Shown: piece by piece, positions 1-12,317 of the stretch
Layout of the letters: each line of letters opens with the position of its first letter
Numbering within the stretch: position 1 is the stretch's first letter
Origin: Eledone cirrhosa
Lineage: Eukaryota
NCBI GenBank assembly: GCA_964016885.1
Contig: OZ024743.1
Span: 315,146,001 to 315,210,000, forward strand
DNA length: 64,000 nt
Reading direction: 5' to 3'
Notes under the pieces: model-generated
What the model was told of the DNA's origin: nothing
Databases searched by the model: none
Seen by the model: the letters and a program-made list of their open reading frames with translations, nothing else
Program-made: the position numbers and the translations under genes

Positions 1-2619
1 AAAAAGCGGCTCGAAATGCCAGGTTTTTAGAGAAGTAATTTTGTTGGTTTCTGAATAAGTACAATAAATTTCGCGCCATTTCGCGTTACAAAGTTCTTCA
101 AACAAAGGGGGTCTCAGGTTGTTTTTTCATATATGAAAGAAGTTTGATTGGTTGATGTAGTCACGTGAATAATTACACCAGCTTTCGTGCCAGTTTGTGT
201 TTGAATTTCTTTTTACTTATAAAAAGGGTGGCTCACGTAGGCTTTTTTTTATAAATGTAATTTGATTGGTTATAAATGAAATTATGACTGTCACGTGAAC
301 AAGTACATTAAATTTCGCGCCCGTATTTTGGAGTTTTTATAGCCATTTAGAGAATTTTGTGGCAAACAAAAGATAATGGTGAAGAAAAAGGGACGGAGTA
401 AGTTGTTCTGAGTATGACTGTGGTGCTGAAATGTAATTTGATTGGTTATAAATGAAATTATGACTGTCACGTGAACAAGTTCATTACATTTCGCGCCCGT
501 ATTTAGAAATTTATTTTGTAGCCTTTTAGAGAATTTTGTGCCAAACAAAAGATAATGGTCAAGAAAAATGGGATGGGGAGAATTGTTCTGGTTCAGTGAA
601 TATGACTGGTGCGTTGAGGTGTCAGAATTCAGACTTTCTATTGAAATAAATGAAGTAGACCCCCTAAGCCCGACGTGCAGCAGATCCTGGGTTAGTGGCA
701 GACTGCACCAGGTTGAGGCTGCAGAAAGTGTCGGTGCAAGTAGCATCCCAGACGAGGGGTTTGGCACCGCGGAATGGGAAGATGGTCACGCCATCTGGCC
801 TTTTGCCGTTCCCTCTGTCCAGCCCCACCGGCTCGAGCTGGGAAGGGGATCCCGCAGCATCCAAGCCATGCTTTATGATCTCGTTTAGGGCAGCATGGCG
901 TGGAAGGCGGCCGGCACTGTGGCGACAGGAAAGCGTGTGCAGGCCGAAGGAATCCACGGTGGATCCGTCGCGACATAGGTGTGGCTCGCAGATCGGGAGG
1001 CTGAGCCTCAAGGAAACTTCGATGCGCAGGCTATTGTTGTCTAGCTGCGTGCCAGTGGAAAAGGAGGGCAGGATATGGAGCCAGGCACCACTGTGGGGTT
1101 TGGAGGCCGCACGAAAGCCAGTTCGAGCTGCCGCCTGAGTCTGTTTGAGGCCAGGCTGCACTGGATGACATCCCAAGTGCTTTGGGCGGGGTGGGGGACT
1201 TGACATACCACTCTACTGACCACCATAGGCGCCGAGCTGGCCAGCCGCAGGTATGAAAACCCGCGAGTTGGGGTGGCTTTTCCGGTGCGTCTCCCTTGCT
1301 GTCCTCCGCGGGAACGCCTTCTCCATCCTATTCGCCGAGGTTGTGTATGTATGTGTGTGGGGGGGGAGGGGCATCGCTTAACATTCCATATTTAGGGATC
1401 CGAAACACAAAACCTGTTTATTTAGTCTCCATCTATATCTTCCTATGACATATAAAGATTATATATATATATACACATGTGTATGTATATGTGTGTGCAT
1501 CAGGAAAGTAGATATATGTATGTTTATTTGTGTGCTTGTGTGTGTGTGTGTGAGTGTGTGTGTGTAGGAAGATGATTCTGTTAGTAGAAATGGAGGAGGG
1601 AGTTATGTGTGTGTGGGGGGAGCATGGTTAGCATGTTAAGATGGAGAGAATATATATATATTTTGTGTATGTGTGTATGTGTGTGTGGGAGTATGGTTAG
1701 CATGTTAAGATGGAGAGAATATATATATTTTTTTGTGTATGTGTGTGTAGGAAAATGATTCCTTTAGTAGAAATGGGGGAGGGAGATATGTGTGTGTGGG
1801 GTGTGTGGTTAGCATGTTAAGGTGTTAAAGTATTAACGTATGTTAAGGTTTATTTAGCTCTGGTTTTTATTTTCTAAAGTAGAAAGTGTTATGTGTGTAT
1901 GTATGTGTCATTTTTAGATGGTTAGCATGTTATGGTGTTGACAACGTATATTAAACTATATTTAATGCTGGTCTATATTTTTGAATAAACATATTTTCCT
2001 TATTTACTCGTAATTGTTCTGTTGTATTGTCAGCGCAAAGATAAAATTGGAAGACTGGAATTTGTCTTATTACTTGCGCATATGTCTAGATGTGCACTTA
2101 GGGGTATATGTCTTGTGGTTGGCGATGAACTGTCATTCTGTTTCTGATTGTGAGTTTAGTTTGTCCTATATAATCTCCATTGCATCCTTTACATTTAATG
2201 GCATAAAATAGATTTTTATGAGCAAGTGAAGTGATTTTTTACAGCAAAATGTTGAGCTGATTGAAATGTATACGTGTTGCCTTCAATGAGGTGAGTGCAA
2301 GTTCCACAATCTGAGCCCCCCCCCTTGTTTGAAGAACTTTGTAACGCGAACTGGCGGGAAATTTATTATACTTATTCAACAACCAACCAAATTACTTCTC
2401 TAAAAACCTGGCATTTCGAGCCACTTTTTTCCATATAAAACATTCAAAGACCAATAATTCAAAGTAACATTCAAAGACCAGCCAGATGTGAGAATAACCA
2501 CAGACCTTCCATCCCAATTCTACTTTTGAAAATCAGAAGAACTGTGAACCGGTAAAGGAACGAAATAAATATATATTGAAAAAAAAAGACTCCAGTTGAA
2601 TTTTCGATTTCATCTTTTT

Positions 2620-2625
<6 letters not shown>
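1..2625. mobile_element. Unclassified non-autonomous element with long terminal inverted repeats and internal subrepeats; left end lies outside the window
   Basis: 1-130 is the reverse complement of ~2307-2430. Internal tandem subrepeats at ~255-390/430-590 and ~1565-1830. Same family recurs at ~2905-3045, ~50388-50600 and ~62932-63797. Confidence 0.65.
661..1340. pseudogene. CRE-clade-like non-LTR retrotransposon 3' fragment (zinc knuckle plus restriction-like endonuclease) with 5' inversion
   Basis: Minus 1206->664 reads C..D..GLH.LSC...RHAALN...EPVGL...GKRPDG...WDATCTDT. Plus ~1210-1340 reads the C-terminus LLTTIGAELA..//RELGWLFRCVSLAVLRGNAFSIL. Confidence 0.8.
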
Positions 2626-2656
<31 letters not shown>

Positions 2657-2660
<4 letters not shown>

Positions 2661-2825
2661 TAAAAGGAATTCGAACTTTGTCTGATTTACTCGTTTTATT
2701 TACAATCCTTTAAAATTTATAATGTTCTTAGAACGAAATAAATGTTAAGTGTTAATTGAACAAGTACTTTCATGCTTTCGCACTCTTCAGGTTCATATTC
2801 TGTGGTGACAGTTAAGTTTGCAATT
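2657..2825 (-). repeat. Short dispersed repeat with degenerate HHR-like core; second copy at ~61492-61680 (+)
   Basis: Shared aaaggattgtaaataaaacgagt.aatcagacaaagt..gaattccttttattaat end and a CTGAAGA...GCGAA(A/G) motif. Confidence 0.55.
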
Positions 2826-3059
2826 ATATATATGTCCATAGAAATATTTATAAACATAAATATATATACATACAGACACACACACACACTCACGCATATA
2901 TATATATTGAGAAAAACCACAAAACCTCCGTCTCAATTCTACTTTTGAAAAACGCAAGAACTGTGAAACCGGTAAAGGAACCAAATAAATTTTTTTTTTT
3001 TTAAAAGACACCAGTTGCATTTCGATTTCATATGTTTTCCCTATATATATTATATATAT

Positions 3060-3118
<59 letters not shown>

Positions 3119-3121
<3 letters not shown>

Positions 3122-3371
3122 AATATTTTCGAAACAGCGAGCGGGTATGAAATTATTATAAATATAGCTATCGCCGTATTTTCACTAAAGAAATTAAAGA
3201 ATTTATTTAGCCTGATAGTGGGGTTAAGAACCCTCGAAGAAATGGAAAAAGATGAGTATTGACGTACATGTACGTCAATACTCATCTTTTTCCATTTCTT
3301 CGAGGTTTCTTAACCCCACTATCAGGCTAAATAATTTCTTTAATTTCTTTAGTCAAAATACGGCGATAGCT
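3119..3371. repeat. Short repeat with a spacer-less ~103-bp-arm palindrome (3166-3371); single-arm relative at ~31835-31955
   Basis: Centre gacgtaca|tgtacgtc at 3268/3269; flanked by (TA)n. Confidence 0.85.
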
Positions 3372-3407
3372 TACATATATATATATATTATATATATATA
3401 TGTATAT

Positions 3408-4117
3408 ATATTGTTATACTTTGGGAGGGTCATGTTGCCAATAAGAAACACACGCACCAGTTGCTTTCACTCCAATTTATTATAAATTAAATTTATAAAT
3501 TTAAGAATTTATAAATTTCCGGCTGGTTTGTTCCACAACCAGACGATTGTTCATATATTGTCAAAGTTCTTTCTTTCATAGAGGCAATAAACATAAATGA
3601 ACTCCAACCAAAATGAAATAGAAAATATGAATGGAATAGCAACATCACAACTTACAATTAAGGACAAAATGAAAACATACACACACATAGAACAAAGAAC
3701 CAACCAGTAACATGTAAATAAAGAAATAAATAAACAAATATAAACACACGCAAACACCGGGATGTAACACATGTGCAAACTAAGCACACAACACACATAA
3801 AAACAAGATGGCGTAGGACAGAACAAAGGAGAGGCACAAAAACAAAGAAAAGAATCCCCAGTCACTGAAGAGGTCACAGAATGTGTGGCGAAAGAAATTT
3901 GACAATATATGAGCAATCGTCTGGTTGTGGAACCAACCAACCAACAGGAAATTTATAAATTCTTAAATTCTTAAATTTAATTTATAATAAATTGGAGTGT
4001 AACCAACTGGTGCGTGTGTTTCTTACTGGCAACATGACCCTCCCAAAGCATAACAATATCGTGTTCAACACACGTTTTCAGATAAAGAATCTTGCTAAAC
4101 AAATTCAGAAACGAAAT
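3408..4117 (+). mobile_element. Penelope-like remnant: inverted pseudo-LTR arms (3408-3573 / 3890-4059) plus 3' tail
   Basis: ~165-bp inverted arms, HHR-like motif at 3861-3903, (TA)n flanks. Relatives at ~15280-15487 and ~55985-56036. Confidence 0.7.
3861..3903 (+). ncRNA. Minimal hammerhead-like motif, stem III imperfect
   Basis: GTCA-CTGAAGA-G-GTCACA(gaatg)TGTGGC-GAAA-GAAA-TT-TGAC. Confidence 0.5.
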
Positions 4118-4140
4118 ATATATATATATATATATATACA

Positions 4141-4509
4141 TCTATAGTATTATAAAGCTGAGTGTCGAGTATATGTATTATGTATTTATCCTACACACCT
4201 CCTTATAGTTTCTTAACTTTACTGTCTCCGTCGCTCTTCCCTCTCTCTATAATAGATAATTTCCCCTCTCTATAATGTGACTGCTTTACTCTCTCTGTCG
4301 CTCTTCACTCTCTATATTACAACACTGTTTTAGTTTCCGTATCTCCCTTCATTATATACAGAGAGAGAGAGAGAGAGAAAGAGAGAGATTTAGAGAAAGA
4401 TTAGGAAAACTACACACACACATCTACAGAGAGAGACAGAAAAATAGAGGGAGGGGGAAAGAGAGATATAGGCCGTTAGGCAGAGAGAGATACAATTAAA
4501 GTGTTAGTT

Positions 4510-4557
<48 letters not shown>

Positions 4558-4656
4558 TCGGACGGACAATGTGACACTGGAAGGTGTGTTGTATCTTTGC
4601 ACTGGAGTGGTGGGGGCAGGTATACCTACCGGGCGCCAGGCGGATGGGCCAGGTAA
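4141..4656 (+). mobile_element. Non-autonomous Helitron; second copy at 38033-38760 (-)
   Basis: A|TCTATAGTATTATAAAGCTGAG 5' end and GC-rich subterminal hairpin. The 38 kb copy keeps the terminal CTAG|T. Confidence 0.7.
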
Positions 4657-4690
4657 TATATACATATATGTATATATATATATATACGTA

Positions 4691-4734
<44 letters not shown>

Positions 4735-4767
4735 CGTATATATGTATATATGTATATATATACATAT

Positions 4768-4844
<77 letters not shown>

Positions 4845-4851
4845 TACATAT

Positions 4852-4906
<55 letters not shown>

Positions 4907-4909
<3 letters not shown>

Positions 4910-5073
4910 AGTTGTGGTAAGGAACCAGATCGACCATAAAGCATCAGAGTACTCAATACTTAGGGTAGTGGAGTGGGTTATAGGAACATGTATGACCCCG
5001 ACGGCAGAGCACAAGCCGTTTCGACGGCTATTTCCGTCGAAACGGCTTGAGCTCTGCCGTCAGGGTCATACAT

Positions 5074-5075
<2 letters not shown>
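4907..5075 (-). mobile_element. Short fold-back element containing the 3' half of an HHR (family F1); other copies 7260-7443, 32341-32511, 41112-41730, partial 42384-42427 and 56190-56272
   Basis: Shared tail (gtggtaaggaaccag...aagtactcaatacttagggtagtagagtggg) and a palindrome containing GAAA-CGGCT(tgagctc)AGCCG-TC. Confidence 0.8.
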
Positions 5076-5109
<34 letters not shown>

Positions 5110-5113
<4 letters not shown>

Positions 5114-5834
5114 GACGTATAATAAGAAAAAATAAAAAAAAAATAAAAAATTAACTTACTTACTAAAATGTTCACTCCAACTAATTAGTTTCTGTAATGG
5201 GATAAAGATAGTTACGTAATATAACCATCGAGAATTCATTACGTCATCAGGAAGTCTATTCACAGCTAAGTCCCCAGGCAATGCGCGGACACTAGGGACT
5301 CATATAAAAATAATAATAATTCGGTGGAAGGAAGAGCTAGCGGGGACTGGATTCCATGCACTGACAAAGTTCGCTGCCTCTGGTCAAATGGCAGATTCTA
5401 AACAATCAATCACGTGACACTGAGCCTAGTCGGAAGGAGTGGGTTGGTAAGATGACAGAAGCCTACTACCACACCAATGAATTAGTAGCGGATTTGGCAG
5501 GTTTGCTCAACAAATAAATAATTTGGAGATAAATACAGAGAATTAGTATATCTACCAACATATGCGTACAGATGTACACTAATGCTAGCAAATACATAAG
5601 TTATGTCATAGTACCTAGGTGGTTCAATGCAGGAGGATGCAGAACAATAATATGAAAGACGTAAAATAAGAAAAAATTTAAAAAAAATTAAAAATTAACT
5701 TACTAAAATTGTCACTCCAACTAATTAGTTTCTGTAATGGGATAAAGATAGTTACGTAATGTAACCATCGAAAATTCATTATTTGCTAGCATTAGTGTAC
5801 ATCTGTACGCATATGTTGGTAGATATACTGATTC

Positions 5835-5883
<49 letters not shown>

Positions 5884-6540
5884 GGAAATTTAGTCAAATC
5901 GAATCTCTGGCTGTTTGCAAGCAAATTCGGCCTACTTATATGAAATGATGAGTTAGCAAAGCACTCGATAAGGTAGGTCCTTAGAGTAATAACATACGTT
6001 TAAATAGCTTGACAAATCGAACATTGTGGTAGGCAAAACCTAACACAGAATAATATAGGAAAGTAACGATAGAACTAACAGGTTGAGAAAAAAAATATAT
6101 ATATATATATATATATATATGAAAGACGTAAAATAAGAAAATGTTAAAAATTAAAAATTAACTTACTTACTAAAATTTTCACTCCAACTAATTAGTTTCT
6201 GTAATGGGATAAATATAGTTACATAATATATATAACTATAGAGAATTCATTACGTCATCTGGGAGTCTATTCTCAGCTAACTTCCCAGGCAATGCGCGGA
6301 CACTAGGAACCCATATAAAAATTCAGTAGATGGAAAGAAGTTAGCGTGGACTAAATTCCGGAGCACTGAAAAAATTTCACTGCCTCTAGTCAGTGGCAGA
6401 TTCTAAGGAATCAATCACGTGACACCGAGGTTAATCAGTTAGGAGCGAGGTGGTATTATGACAAGAGCCTACTACTACCATGAAACAGCATGAGTGTACA
6501 TCTGTACACATATGTTGGTAGATGTACTAATTCTCTCTCT
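5110..6540 (-). mobile_element. Cluster of three copies of a PLE pseudo-LTR-like repeat (5110-5600, 5653-5840, 6121-6535)
   Basis: Repeated gaaagacgta.aataagaaaa...ctccaactaattagtttctgtaatgggata; local inversion 5537-5593 vs 5782-5839; contains an HHR motif. Confidence 0.7.
5174..5255 (-). ncRNA. Type I hammerhead ribozyme-like motif
   Basis: ACTTC-CTGATGA-C-GTAATG...CATTAC-A-GAAA-CTAATTAG-TT-GGAGT; palindromic stem III, GUU site. The third copy has stem I ACTCC/GGAGT but core CAGATGA. Confidence 0.6.
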
Positions 6541-6559
6541 CTATATATATATATATATA

Positions 6560-7060
6560 ATGTTTGTAGAGCACCCAATCTAAGGGTGTAGTTGTTATAC
6601 AGTTATTTATTACCTCAACAACACATGCTTACAGATACACGTGTTTCATTGACTTGAGAATTGTTAGAGCCAGAATTGTATCCTCTCTAGTCCGAAATGG
6701 TGTGGAATCGTCGCGCTGAGGCTTACTACATCAAATGATACAATAATAGTGTCTCTGTTGACGTGTTTAGTCAGGTGGGTTAAGAAGTCCATCTTATCTC
6801 TTATAACGCTTGGTATATATTTCAGAATTGGTTTCAGTAATATATTTATAAAGTTACTTAGACTGTGTTTATCAATTTGGGCCAGGTACCATTGGATATA
6901 ATTTAAGGTCATTTGAGTGTTGTAAGTTTATTTAGGTTGAAGTGGAATCTTTACATGCATCGATAATAATTATGCTCTTGTGGAGTTTGTAAACTCCGTA
7001 AGTATTGCTAGATTTGGATGTGTTGAGTAACGTCTAGTATTTTTCCTATTACATAATGGT
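6560..7060 (-). pseudogene. Penelope-like element reverse transcriptase fragment followed by an HHR 3' half
   Basis: ORF 6912->6664 LSNFINILLKPILKYIPSVIRDKMDFL...IIVSFDVVSLSATIPH matches PLE RT motif A. GAAA-CACGTG-TA at 6647->6636. Confidence 0.8.
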
Positions 7061-7222
7061 TAACTATACCAAATCGCACATTCTATCCAGTGGTAAACCA
7101 CCAATCTCAAATTAATATACACTGGGAGAGAAAGACCCAGTTTAACGTGTGTTGATGCTTTAAGGACAGACACTGGTCTGTTAGTGACGCAGAGCATGGC
7201 AATATATATATATATATATATA

Positions 7223-7261
<39 letters not shown>

Positions 7262-7458
7262 CGAAGGAAATGTGGTAAGGAACCAGGTGGGCCATAACGC
7301 ACCAAAGTACTCAATACTTGGGGTAGTAGAGTGGGTAATAGGAACCAGTAAGATCCCGACGGCTGAGCTCAAGCCGTTTCGACGGCTAATATTAGCCATC
7401 GAAACGGCTTGACCTCAGCCATCGGGGTCTTACTGGTTCCTATATATATATATATATA

Positions 7459-8222
7459 GGGCGGGTAAAATTCCCGAGGTCCATGGACGAGTTCTCTCCA
7501 GCGGTCTCTGTCCCTCATTATCGCTGCCATGCCCTGCGTCTCCAACAGACCAGTGTCTGCCCTTAGGGCATCAATATAAGTTAACTTTGGTCGTCCTCTT
7601 CCAGTGTGTCCATGTAGGGGCTCCCGCAGGAGCCCTGAGTGCACTGTCAACTCTGGATGTCGGTGAGCATGTCCAGCTAACCTCAGTCTCCTCTGTGTCA
7701 CTTTTGAGCTGACTTTTGGGAGGTTCCCGTACAGCTCTGAGTTTTTCATCCTCAGTGTATACGGATTAATGTTCAGAGCCATCCTCAGCATTCTCGTGCA
7801 GCACTCATCCACCATCTGAGTGAGTTTCTAGGTCAGTGTCCAAGTCTCAGACGCTTACAGCAGCTCAGACTCCACTACATAAATGAAGAGGAGGATGTTC
7901 AGGTGTTTACGAAGGTCCGACTTCCACAACGATTTTAAGCTGTGGCACGCCGCCCAGGCCTTCCTCTTCCTCTCAACCACATCATCTTCTGTATTCCCAA
8001 TCTTTGCTCCCAAATACAGGAAGTCCTCAACCAATTTTAGCGGCTTCCCGCCTACAGCAGGGATCCCCTGTGACTTCTCAACATTCTATACCAGATATTT
8101 TGTTTTAGTCTCATTCATTCTCAGCCCCGCACTCATCGACACAGTCTCAACCTCCCGCATCAAATCCTCTGCCTCCTTCACTGTATTTGTCACCAAAACT
8201 ATGTCGTCGGCAAATTCAGCAT
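7459..8222 (-). pseudogene. 5'-truncated RTE-like LINE (RT C-terminal part)
   Basis: EFADDIVL...VEDFLYLG...ASETWTLT...TRMLRMALNI...RRLRLAGH...GRGRPKLTYID, with stops. Confidence 0.85.
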
Positions 8223-8280
8223 TCGATACCTTTTATTGCCTTAACTCTTTTTAATATATTTACGTGTGTGTGTGAGTGTG

Positions 8281-8500
8281 AAGGTGCGTGGCTGAGTGTT
8301 TAGAGAATTGGATACGAAATCGTGAAGTTTTGATTTCAATTCCCGGACAGGGCGATGCGTTATGTCCTTGAGCAAGACACTTTATTTCACGTTGCTCATT
8401 CTACCTGGATTTGCGACCGATAGACAGTATTAGCGATTTGAAAGACCAATGGAAACATTGTTCCCTCGGTCCGATTTGACGAAAGTCGATCGACTGCCGA
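8281..8500 (+). mobile_element. tRNA-derived SINE, family S2; related copies ~13620-13870(-), 27887-28150(-), 53715-53800(-), 54770-55000(+), 56870-56945(-)
   Basis: A/B-box-like head followed by tgtccttgagcaagacacttt central domain. Confidence 0.65.
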
Positions 8501-8517
8501 TATATATTCATATTTGA

Positions 8518-8549
<32 letters not shown>

Positions 8550-9071
8550 ATATATATATATATATGTATGAGTGGGTGTGTGTGCGCCTGGTGTTGGTGA
8601 ATAGGAATGTATTAAAGTATACTGTAGGTAAATATATATGTGGGTAATCTATATACGTGTCTATAGGAATTAATATATCAGTTTTTCAATATTTATGAAC
8701 CGCTACCATTTTAACAATAATTGCACACTCCCCATTCATTCATGGAGATATTTCTGCAACTACGTTATCAGTAACATGAAAATCCACACATCATTTCTTC
8801 AGCACCAACCCCAAATTCTCTGGTATTGCGTAATGACGACATCAATATTTAATACATATAAAGTATAGTATAATTCCCACCCACACGGGCTCTCATTTCC
8901 CTTTGTCTGCTCCATTCATTTATTTCTTTTATATGGAAACAGCACCTTATCGTAAATATTTTATGTCTTTATATATATATATGTATGTGTGTGCATCAGC
9001 AGAGAGAGAGACAGATATATTAACATATATATATATGCATATTCAAACGCATATGTTTATATATATAAATA

Positions 9072-9148
<77 letters not shown>

Positions 9149-9167
9149 ATATACATATATGTATATG

Positions 9168-9205
<38 letters not shown>

Positions 9206-9233
9206 AATATATGTGTGTATGTGTATATATGTA

Positions 9234-9298
<65 letters not shown>

Positions 9299-9307
9299 CT
9301 GTGTGTG

Positions 9308-9345
<38 letters not shown>

Positions 9346-10224
9346 CATGTGTGTGTGTGTGTTTCAATAGTAATGGCGTCGTAACTATTCCATCGTAGCC
9401 ATACTAAGTGTCATTTAGTCATATCAGTGTTTTATATCGCACATAGAATATTTGATTATTAAGCTCATATTCAATCTTTCATCTAAATCATATTCTGATA
9501 TTTCCACAAAATTGCTTTATCATTCATCAATAGGCTTTCTAAGAAGCTCATATAATATTTACGATCTTTGCTGATCACAATAATAAAACTGTTTTCACAT
9601 GATGCACACATGCACACTTTTATATATATATATATATAAACACACATACATACACACGCATACATATATTTAGCTATTTATATACATGTATACACACATA
9701 TATGAACACACGCACACAAACAGTCACATATACCCACATATACACACATGTGCACTCATATATACGTTTGTGTGTGTGTGTGTGTGTGTGCCCTTTGAGA
9801 AATTGTGAGGAAAGTTGATTGATTATATGGATATGAATATATATCTGACACACTCATATAAATATAGGTACACAAACACACACAGAAAAACAAATGCATA
9901 TACACATATATATGTGTGTTAGAGATTGAGTGTGTGTGTGTATGTTTGTATGTGTGTGTAAACAAAAAAAATTTTCTTTCATGAATATCTATAATATCAA
10001 TACCATACCAGCCGTGTCATATATATCTGTGTGGTCCAATGATCATCGTAATATAACACTTACGTTTCGGTACCTGAGATCGCATATTTGAACTGTACTT
10101 ATACCTTATTCAGAGGAAACAAGTTTAAAAAACATTGTGTACAATTTGTGTGCTGTTATTATCTATATCTACATCATCTCAGATTGAGCATTCTTATTGT
10201 GGCGTATTATATTAGTTGTGATGA

Positions 10225-10616
10225 ATGGTGAATTGGCAGTATGGGTAGAGGGTTGGACGCCATGCTTTCTAGCATAGTTACGTCCCTTTACAGTCTGAGT
10301 TCAAATCCAGCCGAGGTTAACTTTGCCTTTCATCCTTACGAGGTCGATAAAATCAAGTACCAGTAATGTACTGTGTAATTGCTGGCCTTGTGCCTAAAGT
10401 AGAAACAATTATATTAGTTTTGAGTATGGGGCGGTGAATTAGCAGTATTGGTAGAGGGTCAGACATGCTTTCCAGCGTAGTTATGTCCCTTTACAATCTG
10501 AGTTCAAATTCCGCCGAGGTTAACTTTGCCTTTCATCCTTACGGGGTCGATAAGATAAAGTACCAGTAATGTACTGGGTGAATGCTAGCCTTGTGCCAAA
10601 ACTAGAAACAATTATA
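10225..10616 (+). mobile_element. Two tandem copies of tRNA-derived SINE family S1
   Basis: A-box-like tggcagtat.gg, B box gagttcaaat.c, body gccgaggttaactttgcctttcatccttacggggtcgataa, tail ccttgtgcc.aaa.tagaaacaattat. Confidence 0.85.
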
Positions 10617-11189
10617 TTAGTTTTGAGTATATTAGGGTGACATCATGTATGGTCATACACTTTAGAGATGTGGGTAACGTGAAATTTAGCTATTATTACT
10701 AGCCGATTGAGAGATCCCATAAAATATCATTTTTTGATTGGAACCAACGTGATGCTCCTATGAAGTTATTACTTTTGAATTATTATGTAAATATTTGTAT
10801 TAAAGATGGAAAACTATATTTAACGAACGGATATTTAAGAAGATATATAGAGCTTTAATTCTAAATATATTTGTGTAAAACTACTGGAATATATCTGGCG
10901 TGAAAAGATTATTTACTAAAGTAATAACACACACTCTAGTCTCCAGGAAATCTTGTGAGGGTTGCTGCATGTAATTTGGCACAAGTAGAAGCACAAATTC
11001 TAAAACTGCGACATTGTCTTCTATCCAAAACCTTTTCTGTTCCTCTCAGCAAACAAATTTATATGATCTTTAGATATATGTTCTTGATGTCTATTTTCTT
11101 TTTGTCGATAATTATGTTGTTTCTATTCCTCTTGTTGTTCTTGATGAGACATATATATATATATATATGTATATAAACATACATATACT

Positions 11190-11250
<61 letters not shown>

Positions 11251-11869
11251 GTGTGTGTGTATTCATCAATAGGTATAAGGTGGCAATAGAACTGAACATA
11301 TGATACAGAGACACACAATAAAAGAATATATGTCGATACTTGACAAAATAATTGTTTTTACTTTCAGCCAACTAGTCATCCTTGACTTAACGATTTAGTA
11401 ATTAGTTAACCATACGAGTACTGAACCAGAATGCGGCTAGTCTACAAGAAATCGATCGATACGTATCGATTGACTAGATTACTTCAAATATAATTGTTTC
11501 CACAATACTACCGCAATAAGCTTACATCTTCCAATTCTTTACTTTTATTTGTTTGTTTTTTGTTGTTTGTTTGTTCTTAAAGCAGTCAATGTTTATGGAG
11601 AGATGCGTAGTTGAAAATGTATAAAATGTATGGAAAAAAAATTTATTTATTGTAATATTATATCGTGATATACCGCAATATGTGGTCAATATGCTAGTTG
11701 GCTACAGCTACGTAACTCTTTGAACATTAATTTGCTGAATTTCTGGCTAAAAATATTCCATGGGAGTACATCTACCTCATTGCAAAATGAATATTCTAAG
11801 GTGCTTTTTTCGTCTGTCGATAATTACATCAATCGACCACATTTAACGGTGACATATCTATACATATAT

Positions 11870-12317
11870 AACTAGACCTGAAAAATGCGCAAGCTCAAAA
11901 AAGCCACAGAATGTTATAGTAAACCTTCAAAAGTGTGGGACTAGAGTTGTTGCTCAAAAATATTGTAATCATTATCTATCGTACACTCTGTGGCATCCTT
12001 TTATAAAAAAGAGACTCATAACGAACTCAAGACGACACGATAATTATTTAAGCTAATGTTCAATATCTCATATTAGGTGTTTAGTAATGATTAATACGAA
12101 ATGCACTTAAACCGAATTCTATATTATAAATTCACTTAAATAATTATCGTGTCGTCTTGAGTTCGTTATGAGTATCTTTTTTATAAAAGGATGTCTCAGA
12201 GTGTACGATAGATAATGATTACAATATTTTTTAGCAACAACTCTAGTCCCACACTTTTGAAGGTTTCTTATAACATTATGTGGCTCTTTTGAGCTTGCGC
12301 ATTTTTCAGGTCTAGTT
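11870..12317. repeat. Fold-back element: 183-bp inverted arms with 82-bp spacer
   Basis: 11870-12052 is the near-perfect reverse complement of 12135-12317. Confidence 0.9.

Noticed and set aside
10225-10616. tRNA genes or CRISPR-like repeat
   Set aside because: Only A/B boxes without a cloverleaf; these are SINE copies, with no repeat-spacer array.
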